Shown: positions 25,450 through 35,183, numbered from the stretch's first letter. The stretch: DNA of 64,000 nucleotides from an uncultured Oscillospiraceae bacterium (GCA_964447605.1 CAYUTA010000004.1:15465-79464), one strand, 5' to 3'. Notes: a model not told the origin generated them from the letters alone. Made by a program: numbers and translations.

Positions 25450-27054
25450 ATGAAAAAAATCGTGACGATTCTGCTGGTTATCTGTATGATTGCCGGCACG
25501 CTCGCCGGATGCGGCGGCAATGCCGCGCCTGCCGCTCCCGGTTCCGCCGGTCGGACGGGTACGGACGCGACGGCCCCCGCCGGCGAAATCCTGACCGCGA
25601 CGTATGCCTACATGGCGGACCCGCTGTACAATCTGGACCCCGCCCAGACCGTTTCCAACGGCGTGTGTGTCATGAACAACATTTACGAAACCCTGCTGAG
25701 CTACGACCTGACTACCAACGCCTTTACAAACGTGCTGGCGGAGGATTATGAGGTCTCCGAGGACGGCCTGTCCTGGATATTCCGCCTCCGGCAGGGTGTG
25801 AAGTTCCATTCCGGCGGCGAGCTGACCGCGGAGGATGTGAAATTCTCCGTCGACCGCATCATGGAGCTTGCCCAGGGCGATGCGTACATCTGGGCCAATG
25901 TTGCGCAGGTCAAGGTGCTCGATACCTATGCGGTTGAATTTGAACTGACATCGCCCTGTGCGCTGGATGCCGTCGTTTCCTGCTCCAAGGGCGCGTTCAT
26001 CTTTTCCAGGGACGCTTTTGAAGCGGACAACGCCTTTTTTGAGAACGGCGGCGACTGCGGAACCGGCCCCTACACCGTGAAAAGCATCACCTGGGGAACG
26101 GAGGTGGTTCTGTCCAGGTTTGACGAATACTGGGGCGGCTGGAAGGATAATCAGTTTGATTATGTAATCACCACCTTTGTCGGCGAAACCAGCAACCGCC
26201 GGCTGATGATGGAAGCCGGCGGCGCCGACATCACCAACTCCCTGACGCAGGAGGATATCAAAGCCCTTGAGGGAAATTCAAATGTCGATCTGCAGGCTGA
26301 GGTTTCGCTCAAGACGCAGTATATCAACCTGAACGTCAACTCCGACAAGCTTTCCGACGTCCGCGTTCGGCAGGCGCTCGCCTATGCGATGCCGTATCAG
26401 GGCGTGATCGACACGGCGATTGGCGCGGGCCGCGGCACACAGGCCTATTGCGCGGTTCCGCCGGGGATGCTCGGCCACAGCCAAACAATCCCACAATACA
26501 CGCATGATCTCGAAAAGGCCAGGTCGCTTCTGGAAGAGGCCGGCCACGGCGAAGGCCTGGATATGCTCATTACCTTCAACACCGGCGACGAGGTCCTGCG
26601 CCTGACCGCGGAGCTGTATCAGGCCGAGCTGGCCAAGATCGGCGTAAATCTGGAGATCCGCGCCATGTCCTGGTCCGAGCAGGTTGCGCTTGCCACCAGC
26701 GAGAATCCCAACGATCGTCAGGAGCTGTTCATGTCCTATACGTTCCCGGCGCTGGTGGACGCCTATGCGGCCCTGAAGTACTTCCAGACCGGGCAGGGCA
26801 GCAACTACAGCGGGTATTCCAACGCCGAATTTGACGCCGGGCTGATGGAGGCGTATTCCATGGCGGGCGTCGACAAGGAGCGGGCAACGCAGATGTACAT
26901 CGGATTGCAGGAGATGCTGGTCGGCGACTGCCCCGCGATCTGGGTTGCCAATATCAACGACGTTTGGGTGACAAACTCAAGCTTCCAGGGCTTTAAAACC
27001 AACGGCGCCTACACATACGTCTGCAGGTTCTACGATACCTGCCGCGCCGAATAA
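25450..27054 (+). CDS. ABC transporter substrate-binding lipoprotein, family 5 (peptide/nickel)
   Basis: Lipobox MKKIVTILLVICMIAGTLAGCGG and a family-5 SBP body (GVKFHSGGELTAEDVKFSVDR). Confidence 0.9.
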   Translation: MKKIVTILLVICMIAGTLAGCGGNAAPAAPGSAGRTGTDATAPAGEILTATYAYMADPLYNLDPAQTVSNGVCVMNNIYETLLSYDLTTNAFTNVLAEDYEVSEDGLSWIFRLRQGVKFHSGGELTAEDVKFSVDRIMELAQGDAYIWANVAQVKVLDTYAVEFELTSPCALDAVVSCSKGAFIFSRDAFEADNAFFENGGDCGTGPYTVKSITWGTEVVLSRFDEYWGGWKDNQFDYVITTFVGETSNRRLMMEAGGADITNSLTQEDIKALEGNSNVDLQAEVSLKTQYINLNVNSDKLSDVRVRQALAYAMPYQGVIDTAIGAGRGTQAYCAVPPGMLGHSQTIPQYTHDLEKARSLLEEAGHGEGLDMLITFNTGDEVLRLTAELYQAELAKIGVNLEIRAMSWSEQVALATSENPNDRQELFMSYTFPALVDAYAALKYFQTGQGSNYSGYSNAEFDAGLMEAYSMAGVDKERATQMYIGLQEMLVGDCPAIWVANINDVWVTNSSFQGFKTNGAYTYVCRFYDTCRAE

Positions 27055-27089
27055 CGGGCGGACCGGGGGCAAGAACATGCGACGGGGCC

Positions 27090-27109
27090 GCGGCGGCGAA
27101 GGCCGCCGC
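27090..27109 (+). other. intercistronic GC stem-loop after the SBP gene
   Basis: GCGGCGGC-GAAG-GCCGCCGC is a perfect 8-bp stem with no U-tract. It may be an mRNA-stabilising or processing element. Confidence 0.4.
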
Positions 27110-27147
27110 AGCCTCCACGATATTGTAAGAAGGAAAGACAGCATAAT

Positions 27148-27528
27148 ATGATAAAAACGATTCATACGGACAAAGCGCCCGCTGCAATCGGCCCATATTC
27201 TCAGGGAATTGCGACAGGCGGGATGGTGTTTACCTCAGGGCAGATTCCATGCGACCCGGCGACCGGCGCCATCGTCGGGACCACGATTGAAGAGCAGGCC
27301 GAGCAGGTGATGAAGAACCTTTCCGCTGTTCTGGAAGCCGCCGGGGCCTCGTGCCGGACGATCATCAAGACCGCCTGCTTTCTACAGGACATGAAGGATT
27401 TTTCCGCATTCAACGCGGTTTACAGCAACTATATTGCCGGGAAACCCGCGCGCTCATGCGTTGCGGTCGCCGCGCTCCCCAAGGGCGTTCTCTGCGAGAT
27501 TGAGGCAATCGCGGCCATAGAGGCATAA
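27148..27528 (+). CDS. ridA: RidA family protein (reactive enamine/imine deaminase)
   Basis: APAAIGPYSQGI, VFTSGQIP, ACFLQDMKDFSAFNAVY and PARSCVAVAALPKGVLCEIEAIA form the canonical YjgF/RidA sequence. Confidence 0.9.
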   Translation: MIKTIHTDKAPAAIGPYSQGIATGGMVFTSGQIPCDPATGAIVGTTIEEQAEQVMKNLSAVLEAAGASCRTIIKTACFLQDMKDFSAFNAVYSNYIAGKPARSCVAVAALPKGVLCEIEAIAAIEA

Positions 27529-27541
27529 CGGAGAGAAAACA

Positions 27542-28735
27542 ATGGCACTGTTCGAACATCACAGCATCAATTTTGATGTACTGCGGGAAAGGGCGTTCAA
27601 TTACCGTTGGGCGGAGGTTCCGGAGGGCGTGATCCCACTGACGGCCGCCGACTCGGACTTTCCGATGGCTCCGGAGCTTGTGGAGGGCCTTACGCGGGCC
27701 ATTGCCGCCGGCTATATGCCGTATACGCCCAAGCTGGGATACACAGAGGTGCGCAAAAGCATTGCGCGCCAATTGAATGAAAGAAAACATGAGGGCGTGG
27801 AACCGGAGCTGCTTCTGCCCATCGACAGCGCGGCAAGAGGCATGTATGTAATTGCCAAAGCGGTCCTGGAAGCGGGGGACGAGGCGATTATCTTCGACCC
27901 CGTGGATTACCTGTTTACGAGATCTGTGGAATCCGCCGGCGCAAAGCCGGTGCTGTTCCCGGCGAAAGTGGGCGCGAACAACCGCATTGATTTGAGCGGA
28001 CTGGAAGGGTATATTACGCCGAAAACGCGCATGATCGGACTGTGTAATCCACATAATCCGCTGGGTACGATCTATTCTGGCGAAGAGCTCCGCCTGATTC
28101 TGCACCTTGCCGAAAAGTATGATCTCTATATTATGAACGACGAGATATGGTCCGACATCGTCTACCCGCAGTCCGCCTTCCTCAGCATATTGACGGCGGA
28201 GCCGGCGCTGAACCGCCGGGTATTGTCCGTGTATGGCTTTTCCAAGAGTTTCAGCATCGCCGGGCTGCGCGCCGGCTGCGTCTATGTCTCCACCAAGGAG
28301 ATGTTTGACCGGATTGTGGATTGTTCGGATGTGATGTCAACGGCAGGAGGGATTGCCGGCCTGTCCCAGCTTGCCGCGCAAATCTGCATGGACAAGTGCT
28401 ATTATTGGAACGAAGCCTTTGTCGCCTGTATGAAGGAGAATCGGGATTATGCAATCGGCCGCATCGCGCGCATGCCCGGCATCGTTTCCAACAGGCCGGA
28501 CGCATTATTCATGCTGTTTCCGGATATTACGGGAACCGGACTGGATAGCCGGCGCGTGGCGGCGTTCCTTGAGCAGGAGGAAAAGCTTGCGGTCGTGCCG
28601 GGGACGGCGCAGTTTTTCGGGCCGGGGGCGGAGGGGCATATCCGCATCTGCCTTGCGACAAGCCGCGAGGTTTTGGCGGAGGGCATGAATCGGCTGGAAC
28701 GCGGCATGAATAAACTGGCCGCCAAAAGGGCATAG
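27542..28735 (+). CDS. class I/II PLP-dependent aminotransferase, MalY/PatB-like (putative C-S beta-lyase)
   Basis: The N-terminal pattern RAFNYRWAE..VIPLTAADSDF is like MalY/PatB (R..S.KW..V.PMWVADMDF). Also NPHNPLG, MNDEIWSDIVY, and PLP lysine in FSKSFSIAGLRAG. Confidence 0.7.
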   Translation: MALFEHHSINFDVLRERAFNYRWAEVPEGVIPLTAADSDFPMAPELVEGLTRAIAAGYMPYTPKLGYTEVRKSIARQLNERKHEGVEPELLLPIDSAARGMYVIAKAVLEAGDEAIIFDPVDYLFTRSVESAGAKPVLFPAKVGANNRIDLSGLEGYITPKTRMIGLCNPHNPLGTIYSGEELRLILHLAEKYDLYIMNDEIWSDIVYPQSAFLSILTAEPALNRRVLSVYGFSKSFSIAGLRAGCVYVSTKEMFDRIVDCSDVMSTAGGIAGLSQLAAQICMDKCYYWNEAFVACMKENRDYAIGRIARMPGIVSNRPDALFMLFPDITGTGLDSRRVAAFLEQEEKLAVVPGTAQFFGPGAEGHIRICLATSREVLAEGMNRLERGMNKLAAKRA

Positions 28736-28995
28736 CGTTCGCCGTCCTTGTAATGCCCGCGGATTAAGCGGCGCAGCCGTCATGGCAATGGCTGTCCGCC
28801 CAGGGGGCGGCGGAAACGCAACCCATGCCAAGCCATATATAATGCGCGCTTGTCCGGCCTGCCGGCGGACGTTGTTAACGGGCGGCTACAAGGTCACGCC
28901 GGAGGATTTCCGGAAGGCGAAAGGTTTCGAGGACCGCATCGGCCGTGGCGCCATGCCGGCCGGCCGATGGCAGACTCCTGTCCAGATCCCCCTTC

Positions 28996-29847
28996 CTACC
29001 CTTTTACGGCGCCGGAGGTCATGCCCTTGATGAAGTGCCTGCTGAAGAGCAGGTACAGAATCAGAACCGGCAGGGAGGACAGGGTGAGCACCGCCAGAAC
29101 CTTGGACCAGTCGGTCTGGTATTGGCCGAAGAGCCGGGTCACGCCCAAAAGAAGGGTTTTGGCCTTCTCATCTGAGATGAAGATCAGGGGGAACCACAGG
29201 TCGTTCCAAAATGGCACCAGGTTATAGATGGCCACGGTGGCCAGGGCCGGGCGCAGCAGGGGCGAGACGATCCTGCCCAATATGCCCAGGCGGCCGGAGC
29301 CGTCGATCAGGGCCGCCTCCATGAGCTCCTTGGGAATCTGGCGGATGAACTCCGTGAGGATGAACACGGCGATGGGCAGACCCATGGCCACATAGATGGG
29401 AACCAGGGCCCAAATGGAGTTTAAAAGCCCCATGGCCCGCACGATTTCCAAAAGCTTGATGGAGGCGATCTTGATGGGCATCATCATGCCCACGATGAAG
29501 AAGAAGTGCAGGAGGGTGGAGCCCTTCGTCCGCCATTGGGCCAGGGCATAGGAAGCCAGGACGCCCAAAATCAGCACAAGGGCCAATGACACGGTAACCG
29601 CCAGGAAGCTGTTGAAAAAATACCGCATGAAATCGCCGCTTGCCAGCACGTCCGTGTAGTTGGAAACATTCCATACCTCGGGCAGGCCGAAGGTGTTCTG
29701 GTAGATGCTCAGCCTGTCCTTAAAGGAATTGATGATCATGACGTAAAGGGGAAAGAGCACGACCGCGCACCACAGGATGAGCACCATGTGGGAGCCGATG
29801 CGCATCCGCTGTATCCTTAGGGAGCGCGGCTTTCTTTCTTTACTCAT
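28996..29847 (-). CDS. carbohydrate ABC transporter permease (MalG-like)
   Basis: 6 TM helices and an EAA loop (ELMEAALIDGSGRLGILGRIVSPLLRPALAT). Confidence 0.9.
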   Translation of the reverse strand: MSKERKPRSLRIQRMRIGSHMVLILWCAVVLFPLYVMIINSFKDRLSIYQNTFGLPEVWNVSNYTDVLASGDFMRYFFNSFLAVTVSLALVLILGVLASYALAQWRTKGSTLLHFFFIVGMMMPIKIASIKLLEIVRAMGLLNSIWALVPIYVAMGLPIAVFILTEFIRQIPKELMEAALIDGSGRLGILGRIVSPLLRPALATVAIYNLVPFWNDLWFPLIFISDEKAKTLLLGVTRLFGQYQTDWSKVLAVLTLSSLPVLILYLLFSRHFIKGMTSGAVKG

Positions 29848-29853
29848 AGGGGA

Positions 29854-30795
29854 TCACTCCTTTGTTTGGGTTTTGCGCAGGATCAAGAAGGACATCGCCG
29901 CCAGCATGAAGAACATCAGGGTGGCCACCGCCGCGCCCATGCCGGGGTCGGGAATGCCTACGGGGTGCTGCCCCGCGATGCCCAGCCGGTAGAACAGCGT
30001 GCCGATAAGATCCGTTGCGTAGCCCGGCGCGCCGTTGGCGTTTTCCATGGCGTATACGATATCGAAGGCGTTGAAGTTATTGACGAAGGTCAATATGGTG
30101 ATCATGCCGATGATGGGCCGAAGCAGCGGCAGCTTGATCCGCCAGAATACCTGCCAGCCGGATGCGCCGTCAATGTCCGCGGCCTCGTAAATATCCTCGC
30201 TGATGTTGCGCAGGGCCGCCACGAACATCATGGTGGGGATGCCGATCCATTGCCAGCAGGATACCAGGGCCACGAAAACAAGGGCCGTGCTTTCGGTGCC
30301 CAGCCAGGGCTTGGCCAGCATGCCCAACCCCAGGCTGGTGAGGAAGGGCTTGGACCACACCGGGTTCAAAAGCAGCTTCCAAAGATAGCCCGTGACCAGC
30401 ACCGCGAAGGTGGTGGGGATAAAAATGATGGTTTGGTACAGCTTGCGCCCGCGCATATGGGCATTGGTGAGCAGCACCGCGAACACGATTCCCAGCACGT
30501 TCTGCACCAGCATGTGGATGACGAAAAAGACGGAGGTGTTTTTAAACGCGTTGCCAAAGCGCAGGGAATGCTCGGGATCGGTAAATAAGCGCAGATAATT
30601 GTCAAAGCCGGCAAACGCCCGGTTGCCCACGTTGCCTGTGAAAAAGCTCAGCCGGATGCTGTCAATGAGGGGATAGGCCATGAATACCACATAGAAGGCC
30701 AGGGCGGGAATTAAAAACCAGACCCAGTAGCGCCCACCCGGCTCCAACCGGCGGGGGTTCGGGGCCGGGCTCCGGTTCTTTAAGCTTGCTTTCAT
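29854..30795 (-). CDS. carbohydrate ABC transporter permease (MalF-like)
   Basis: EAA loop EDIYEAADIDGASGWQVFWRIKLPLLRP and typical topology. Confidence 0.9.
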   Translation of the reverse strand: MKASLKNRSPAPNPRRLEPGGRYWVWFLIPALAFYVVFMAYPLIDSIRLSFFTGNVGNRAFAGFDNYLRLFTDPEHSLRFGNAFKNTSVFFVIHMLVQNVLGIVFAVLLTNAHMRGRKLYQTIIFIPTTFAVLVTGYLWKLLLNPVWSKPFLTSLGLGMLAKPWLGTESTALVFVALVSCWQWIGIPTMMFVAALRNISEDIYEAADIDGASGWQVFWRIKLPLLRPIIGMITILTFVNNFNAFDIVYAMENANGAPGYATDLIGTLFYRLGIAGQHPVGIPDPGMGAAVATLMFFMLAAMSFLILRKTQTKE

Positions 30796-30886
30796 CTCAT
30801 CACCTCGTAAGCTGCGGCTAATAGGGAATAAACCGGCGTCCCCGCCGGGAGACGGGCCTCCCGGCGGGGAAGAAAGCGGACTGGGA

Positions 30887-32161
30887 TTAGGGGACCAGGG
30901 CGGCCACGCTGTCCGCGGCCTCCTGGGGGGTAACGGAGCCCTTGAGCAGGTTGATCACCGCCTGGTTCATGGGCGCGTAAAGATCCATGAGGGCGGGCCA
31001 AATGAAACGGGCGTCCGTCTGCCTGCCGGCGTTGAGCGCCAGGAACTCGTTGGCGTGGGGATCCGCAAGCTGGATCTCAAAGTTGATCATGGGGAAGTAG
31101 CCCAGGGGCAGGTTCTGGGACGCGGTGGTGGCGCCATCCTGGGTGCACAGCCAGGTCAGGAACGCCTTGGCCTCCTCGGGGTGGGTGCTGGCGGCGTTCA
31201 TGGTGATGGCCATGTCGGGGTGGAAGCAGATGGCCGTATCCGCGGCGTTGCGGGCGGGGATTGCAAATACGCCCCACTCGAAGGGCGCGCCGTCATACAC
31301 GCCGGCGGTCCAGGAGCCATCCACGAACATGGCGGCGGCCTGGGTGTTGAAGAGCACCTGGCTGTCGTTATAGGTCACGGATTCAAACCCATCGGGCAGG
31401 TAGGGCGCTACAGAGGCAAGGTCCGTATAGGCGTTGACAAAATTCTCGTCGTTGAGCTTCTTCTCGCCGGATTCGTACTTCACCCGCTCGGCGGAGCCGC
31501 CCACATAGTTGGGCAACATGCCCAGGAAGAAGCACTCCAGGATGTCCCACTCGTCCGCCACGCCGTTGGCCAGGGGGGTGATGCCCTTGTCCTTGAGCGC
31601 CTTGCACACGGCGATGAACTCATCCCAGGTGGCGGGCATGCTGAGTCCCTCGGCCGCAAATACGTCCTTGTTGTAATACACCGCGTGGGAAACCGCCGCG
31701 AAAGGCACTGCGAACATCTTCCCGTCCCTGGTCTGCCAGGGCGCCAGGTTGGAGGCGGTGAAGTTGTCCATCAGCCCCGGGATGTCGGTGCAATCCGCGA
31801 AGTACCCCGCCTCAAAGAGCTCCTGGCCTGTGGCGTAGGAACGGGCGTACATCAGGTCCGGACCGGAGCCGCTGTCCAGCTGGAGCCGGAGGGTGGCGTT
31901 ATAATCCGGGGGATTGGTGGGCTGGAAGGTGATGTTTACGTTGGGCGCCACCTGCTTATACGCGGCAAGCAGGTTGTTCATCTGCTGCACATCGTCGGTA
32001 CGCCAGGAGCCCATGGTCAGTTCCACGGTTTCGTCCGCGGCGGGCGCTTTCTCCGGGGCGAGGACGGCGGCCTCGGGCTGGACCGCGGGGGCGCTGCACC
32101 CGCTCAGGACAGGAACCGCCAGCAGCAGCATGGAGAGGATGACGAGCATACATTTTTTCAT
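30887..32161 (-). CDS. sugar ABC transporter substrate-binding lipoprotein (family 1)
   Basis: Lipobox MKKCMLVILSMLLLAVPVLSGCS and a family-1 SBP body. Confidence 0.85.
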   Translation of the reverse strand: MKKCMLVILSMLLLAVPVLSGCSAPAVQPEAAVLAPEKAPAADETVELTMGSWRTDDVQQMNNLLAAYKQVAPNVNITFQPTNPPDYNATLRLQLDSGSGPDLMYARSYATGQELFEAGYFADCTDIPGLMDNFTASNLAPWQTRDGKMFAVPFAAVSHAVYYNKDVFAAEGLSMPATWDEFIAVCKALKDKGITPLANGVADEWDILECFFLGMLPNYVGGSAERVKYESGEKKLNDENFVNAYTDLASVAPYLPDGFESVTYNDSQVLFNTQAAAMFVDGSWTAGVYDGAPFEWGVFAIPARNAADTAICFHPDMAITMNAASTHPEEAKAFLTWLCTQDGATTASQNLPLGYFPMINFEIQLADPHANEFLALNAGRQTDARFIWPALMDLYAPMNQAVINLLKGSVTPQEAADSVAALVP

Positions 32162-32216
32162 GTTTTGAACCTCCTTTTTTTAATCAGCAGGCTGACCTGC
32201 AAGGTTTGATCTCGCT

Positions 32217-33422
32217 TCAGCTTTGGCCTTCGGCCTGGGCAGGGGCGGAACGGGCGATGAGCTGATCCATGTTGTGGTTGAAGGCCACGGTGGCCGCGCC
32301 GATGATGTTACCGTCCGGCCCGAATTCCGAAAAGCCGATGTCAAAGGCGGTGCTCAGAAACTGGGCATGCTCCTCCCGTACGGAGGTGGCGATAAGCTCC
32401 CTGAGGGGCGGGCAGCGGTCCATAAGGCTGCCGCACAGGATGATGATTTCCGGGGCGTAGGCATTTGCCAGCTGCCCCAGCAGCACCAGGATGTATTCCG
32501 CGATGTTGTGCATCAGCCGCTTAACCCAGCGCGCACCCCCCTCATAGGCGGCGATAAGCCCGGGCATGTCGATGGCCGGGTCTACCTTGCGGGCCTCCTG
32601 CATGAGCGCGGGCTCCGATATGGTGGCCTGGACGCAGCCCATGCGGCCGCAATCGCACATGCGGCTGTTTATACACAGGATGGCGTGGCCGATCTCCCCG
32701 GCCATGTTCTCCTTGCCCCGGTAAATGCCGTTGTCGATGATAACCCCCGCGCCGATGCCGCTGCCGATGGTAAGCAGCACGGAACTGGCGTACCCCCTGC
32801 TGCTGCCGAATCGGTTTTCCGCCTGAGCCCGGGCCTTTACGTCGTTTTCCAGTATGATTTTGGGCAGGGCCGCATATCCCTCCAGAAGGGGAGCCACGGC
32901 CAGGTTCGCCCAGCGAAGCTGGGAAGCGAGGCGCAAATATCCCTTGGCGGGATCAATGATGCCGGGCATCACCAGCCCCACGCTGGGAAGGCTCAGCAGC
33001 CCATGCTTTTTTAGGAAGCCGTGAAGAAGCCCCGCGATTTCCCCAAGCGCCTCCTCCGGGAGCCGGGCGTCGAGGGGCAAGGGATGGCTTTCAAACTCCA
33101 GGATTTTGCCGTATGGGTCGATGGCGCCCAGGAAAAGCCCGCCCACATCCAGGGACCCCCCCACGTTCACGATGCTGTCCCGGTTTAGATAGATGGTTTT
33201 CGCCGGGCGGCCCAGCTTGCCGTTTTCCTCGCTTTCCCGCTCCACCACAACGCCGTGCTCCTGCAAAAGGTCCGTAATGCGGGAAACGGCCATTACGCTC
33301 AGGCCGGATTCCACAGCCAACTCGTTGCGGGTAATTCCTTCGCTGCGGTATACGGCCTCAAAGATCATGCGCACGTTGTTTTGCCGCATGGCTTCCCGGT
33401 CCAGCTTGCCGATTCCCATCAT
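32217..33422 (-). CDS. ROK family transcriptional regulator
   Basis: N-terminal wHTH (NNVRMIFEAVYRSEGITRNELAVESGLSVMAVSRITDLL) plus a ROK body with the zinc motif GHAILCINSRMCDCGRMGC. Confidence 0.85.
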   Translation of the reverse strand: MMGIGKLDREAMRQNNVRMIFEAVYRSEGITRNELAVESGLSVMAVSRITDLLQEHGVVVERESEENGKLGRPAKTIYLNRDSIVNVGGSLDVGGLFLGAIDPYGKILEFESHPLPLDARLPEEALGEIAGLLHGFLKKHGLLSLPSVGLVMPGIIDPAKGYLRLASQLRWANLAVAPLLEGYAALPKIILENDVKARAQAENRFGSSRGYASSVLLTIGSGIGAGVIIDNGIYRGKENMAGEIGHAILCINSRMCDCGRMGCVQATISEPALMQEARKVDPAIDMPGLIAAYEGGARWVKRLMHNIAEYILVLLGQLANAYAPEIIILCGSLMDRCPPLRELIATSVREEHAQFLSTAFDIGFSEFGPDGNIIGAATVAFNHNMDQLIARSAPAQAEGQS

Positions 33423-33946
33423 CTGCGAGTCTCCATTTTTAACATCAATTTAAATATAAGGGGGTAAAACACAGGATTCTCATCTTCTGAACTGCGAATT
33501 CCTTGGCAATGCATCCGTACTTATTAACACTACATTATAAATTATAGCAAGCCCTATAAAAAAAGCAATACCCAAATGGAATAATCCGGAACTTTTCAGG
33601 AAAAAGGTGGAAGCGTCCGTGGCGGGAGGCAAGCCGCTTTGCGCCGGACCTTTTTACCGCCGCGGAGGGAAGGGGCGCATGGCCGGGCTACGCTTTGGAC
33701 GGAGCCTCCCTTAAAGAGCAAACAAAAAAGAACGCCGCAAGGGCGGACTTCATAGGGAAGTTATAGGAAAACAAGTAAATGCAAGGCTATTAAGCAAATC
33801 GGTTGAGAGTTTATCTAGAAACACCCCTATGACGCGCCCCCCAAGCACTACAAATGTGCCTGGGGGGCGTCATATAAAGATTATCTTGCTACCCGCGCAA
33901 TAGCCGCCAATCAGCTAATCACAGGCAGATTGCTCATAATGAAAAG

Positions 33947-34504
33947 TCACTTGCTTTCTCTACGGATTTTAATCAGCTTTAAGATGTCGCCATACATATG
34001 GTCAAACTGTTTGATATCTATCATTAACCATCTTTGCCCATTTCCTTCGTTGGTATGATTATAAATTTCTTTAATTTCTTTTGATAGCATTGGAAATAAA
34101 GCATTGAATTTTTCCTGTTCCTTTATTCCTATCACAACTAAAACTGTAAAATAGCCTTGTTTTGGATATATAACACAAAGTGATTTCCCTGCTTTTCTAA
34201 GTTTCACGTTCCACCCACGAAACCAAACATCTTTGCTGTACTCCACGTTACAAAGTGCCTGATATTCAGTATTTAAAAAATGAAAAAACTGATTAAAGAC
34301 CGTGTTATTTATGTATTGTTCTATTTCTTGAATGGTAGGTCGATGGTTTATATCTTTTAAATCTAACACTAAATTTCCTCCCAGGCGAATATAAAAATTA
34401 CCCATCCTGCACTGATGCAACAAATGCGGGAGATTATTTTCCATATTCAATATACCGTAATTCTTTGCTATCGTAAAGCGAATGGTTGCGGTGTTTTCAG
34501 CCAT
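33947..34504 (-). CDS. DUF3788 domain-containing protein
   Basis: HRPTIQEIEQYI, GWNVKLRKAGKSLCVIYPKQGYFTVLVVIG and GNGQRWLMIDIK match the DUF3788 pattern. The gene is very AT-rich (~32-35% G+C). The true start is probably an internal Met (34444 or 34405). Confidence 0.7.
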   Translation of the reverse strand: MAENTATIRFTIAKNYGILNMENNLPHLLHQCRMGNFYIRLGGNLVLDLKDINHRPTIQEIEQYINNTVFNQFFHFLNTEYQALCNVEYSKDVWFRGWNVKLRKAGKSLCVIYPKQGYFTVLVVIGIKEQEKFNALFPMLSKEIKEIYNHTNEGNGQRWLMIDIKQFDHMYGDILKLIKIRRESK

Positions 34505-34695
34505 TCGCTAAACGCCTGCAGTCACTTTGTTGCTCAAATGCTACCCGAAAGGGTAGGCCGGCATATTGTTTGTATTGACAAACAAACAGCTGGTTGAGGC
34601 GATGCCCCAAACCCCGTAAGCAGCGCGCGTGAACAGCCGTAACCATCCGATCAAACCTCCCCATGCCGCCCCATCCAAAGGCGTCCCTTTCTGTT

Positions 34696-34715
34696 TGGCG
34701 GAGAGACTGGGATTC
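34696..34715. repeat. distal att-like direct repeat (copy of the tRNA-Ser 3' end)
   Basis: TGGCGGAGAGACTGGGATTC is identical to 45096-45115. The flanking bases differ on both sides. Confidence 0.85.
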
Positions 34716-34976
34716 ACCGCTTCGCCTTCCGCAGCGCGCTCACACCGCTTGCAGCTAGGTGATCGAACCAATCCACAGCATCCCATACACTGTAGCATTT
34801 TTGCTCGTTCTTGGAGAGGAACGTTAAAAACGACTACTTTCATAATGATACGAAGTGTTTGCTGAAATCTTTACAAAAGACCGTGAACAACGGGAACAAC
34901 GACGATTGCAACGCAGCATAAAGAAACGAGATCATCTTGAACGCTGATAAGAACACGGGAGATAACGGGCGGTAGC

Positions 34977-35183
34977 ATGACCAAATCAAAATCCACTTCT
35001 CAACACAGCAGCAAAAGCAAATCAAATACACAAATCCCCGATCATGTGTTCGAGTCACTGGCGCGCTGCGCCCTGCCGCTGATACAGGAATACTTCAAAT
35101 CCGAGGAGGGGCAGCGTGAGTTTGCCGCATGGAAGGCGGAAAAAGGCAAGGTAAAGGGAAAAGTAGCTGATATGGAGCGGTAA
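34977..35183 (+). CDS. small hypothetical protein (mobile-element associated)
   Basis: 68-aa ORF with a Ser/Lys-rich N-terminus then IPDHVFESLARCALPLIQEYFKSEEGQREFAAWKAEK. I recall similar small ORFs on Clostridia integrative elements. SD is weak. Confidence 0.4.
   Translation: MTKSKSTSQHSSKSKSNTQIPDHVFESLARCALPLIQEYFKSEEGQREFAAWKAEKGKVKGKVADMER

Noticed and set aside
24043-25809. 588-aa minus-strand ORF over the M29-like and SBP genes
   Set aside because: It is antisense to two well-supported genes that have SD sequences and a lipobox. It has low-complexity Arg/Gly-rich translation.
34629-34865. Possible second tRNA or tRNA pseudogene at the distal repeat
   Set aside because: Only the last 20 nt of tRNA-Ser are present. 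The 5' half of the T-arm, the anticodon arm and the D-arm cannot be formed, so it is interpreted as an att remnant and not a gene.
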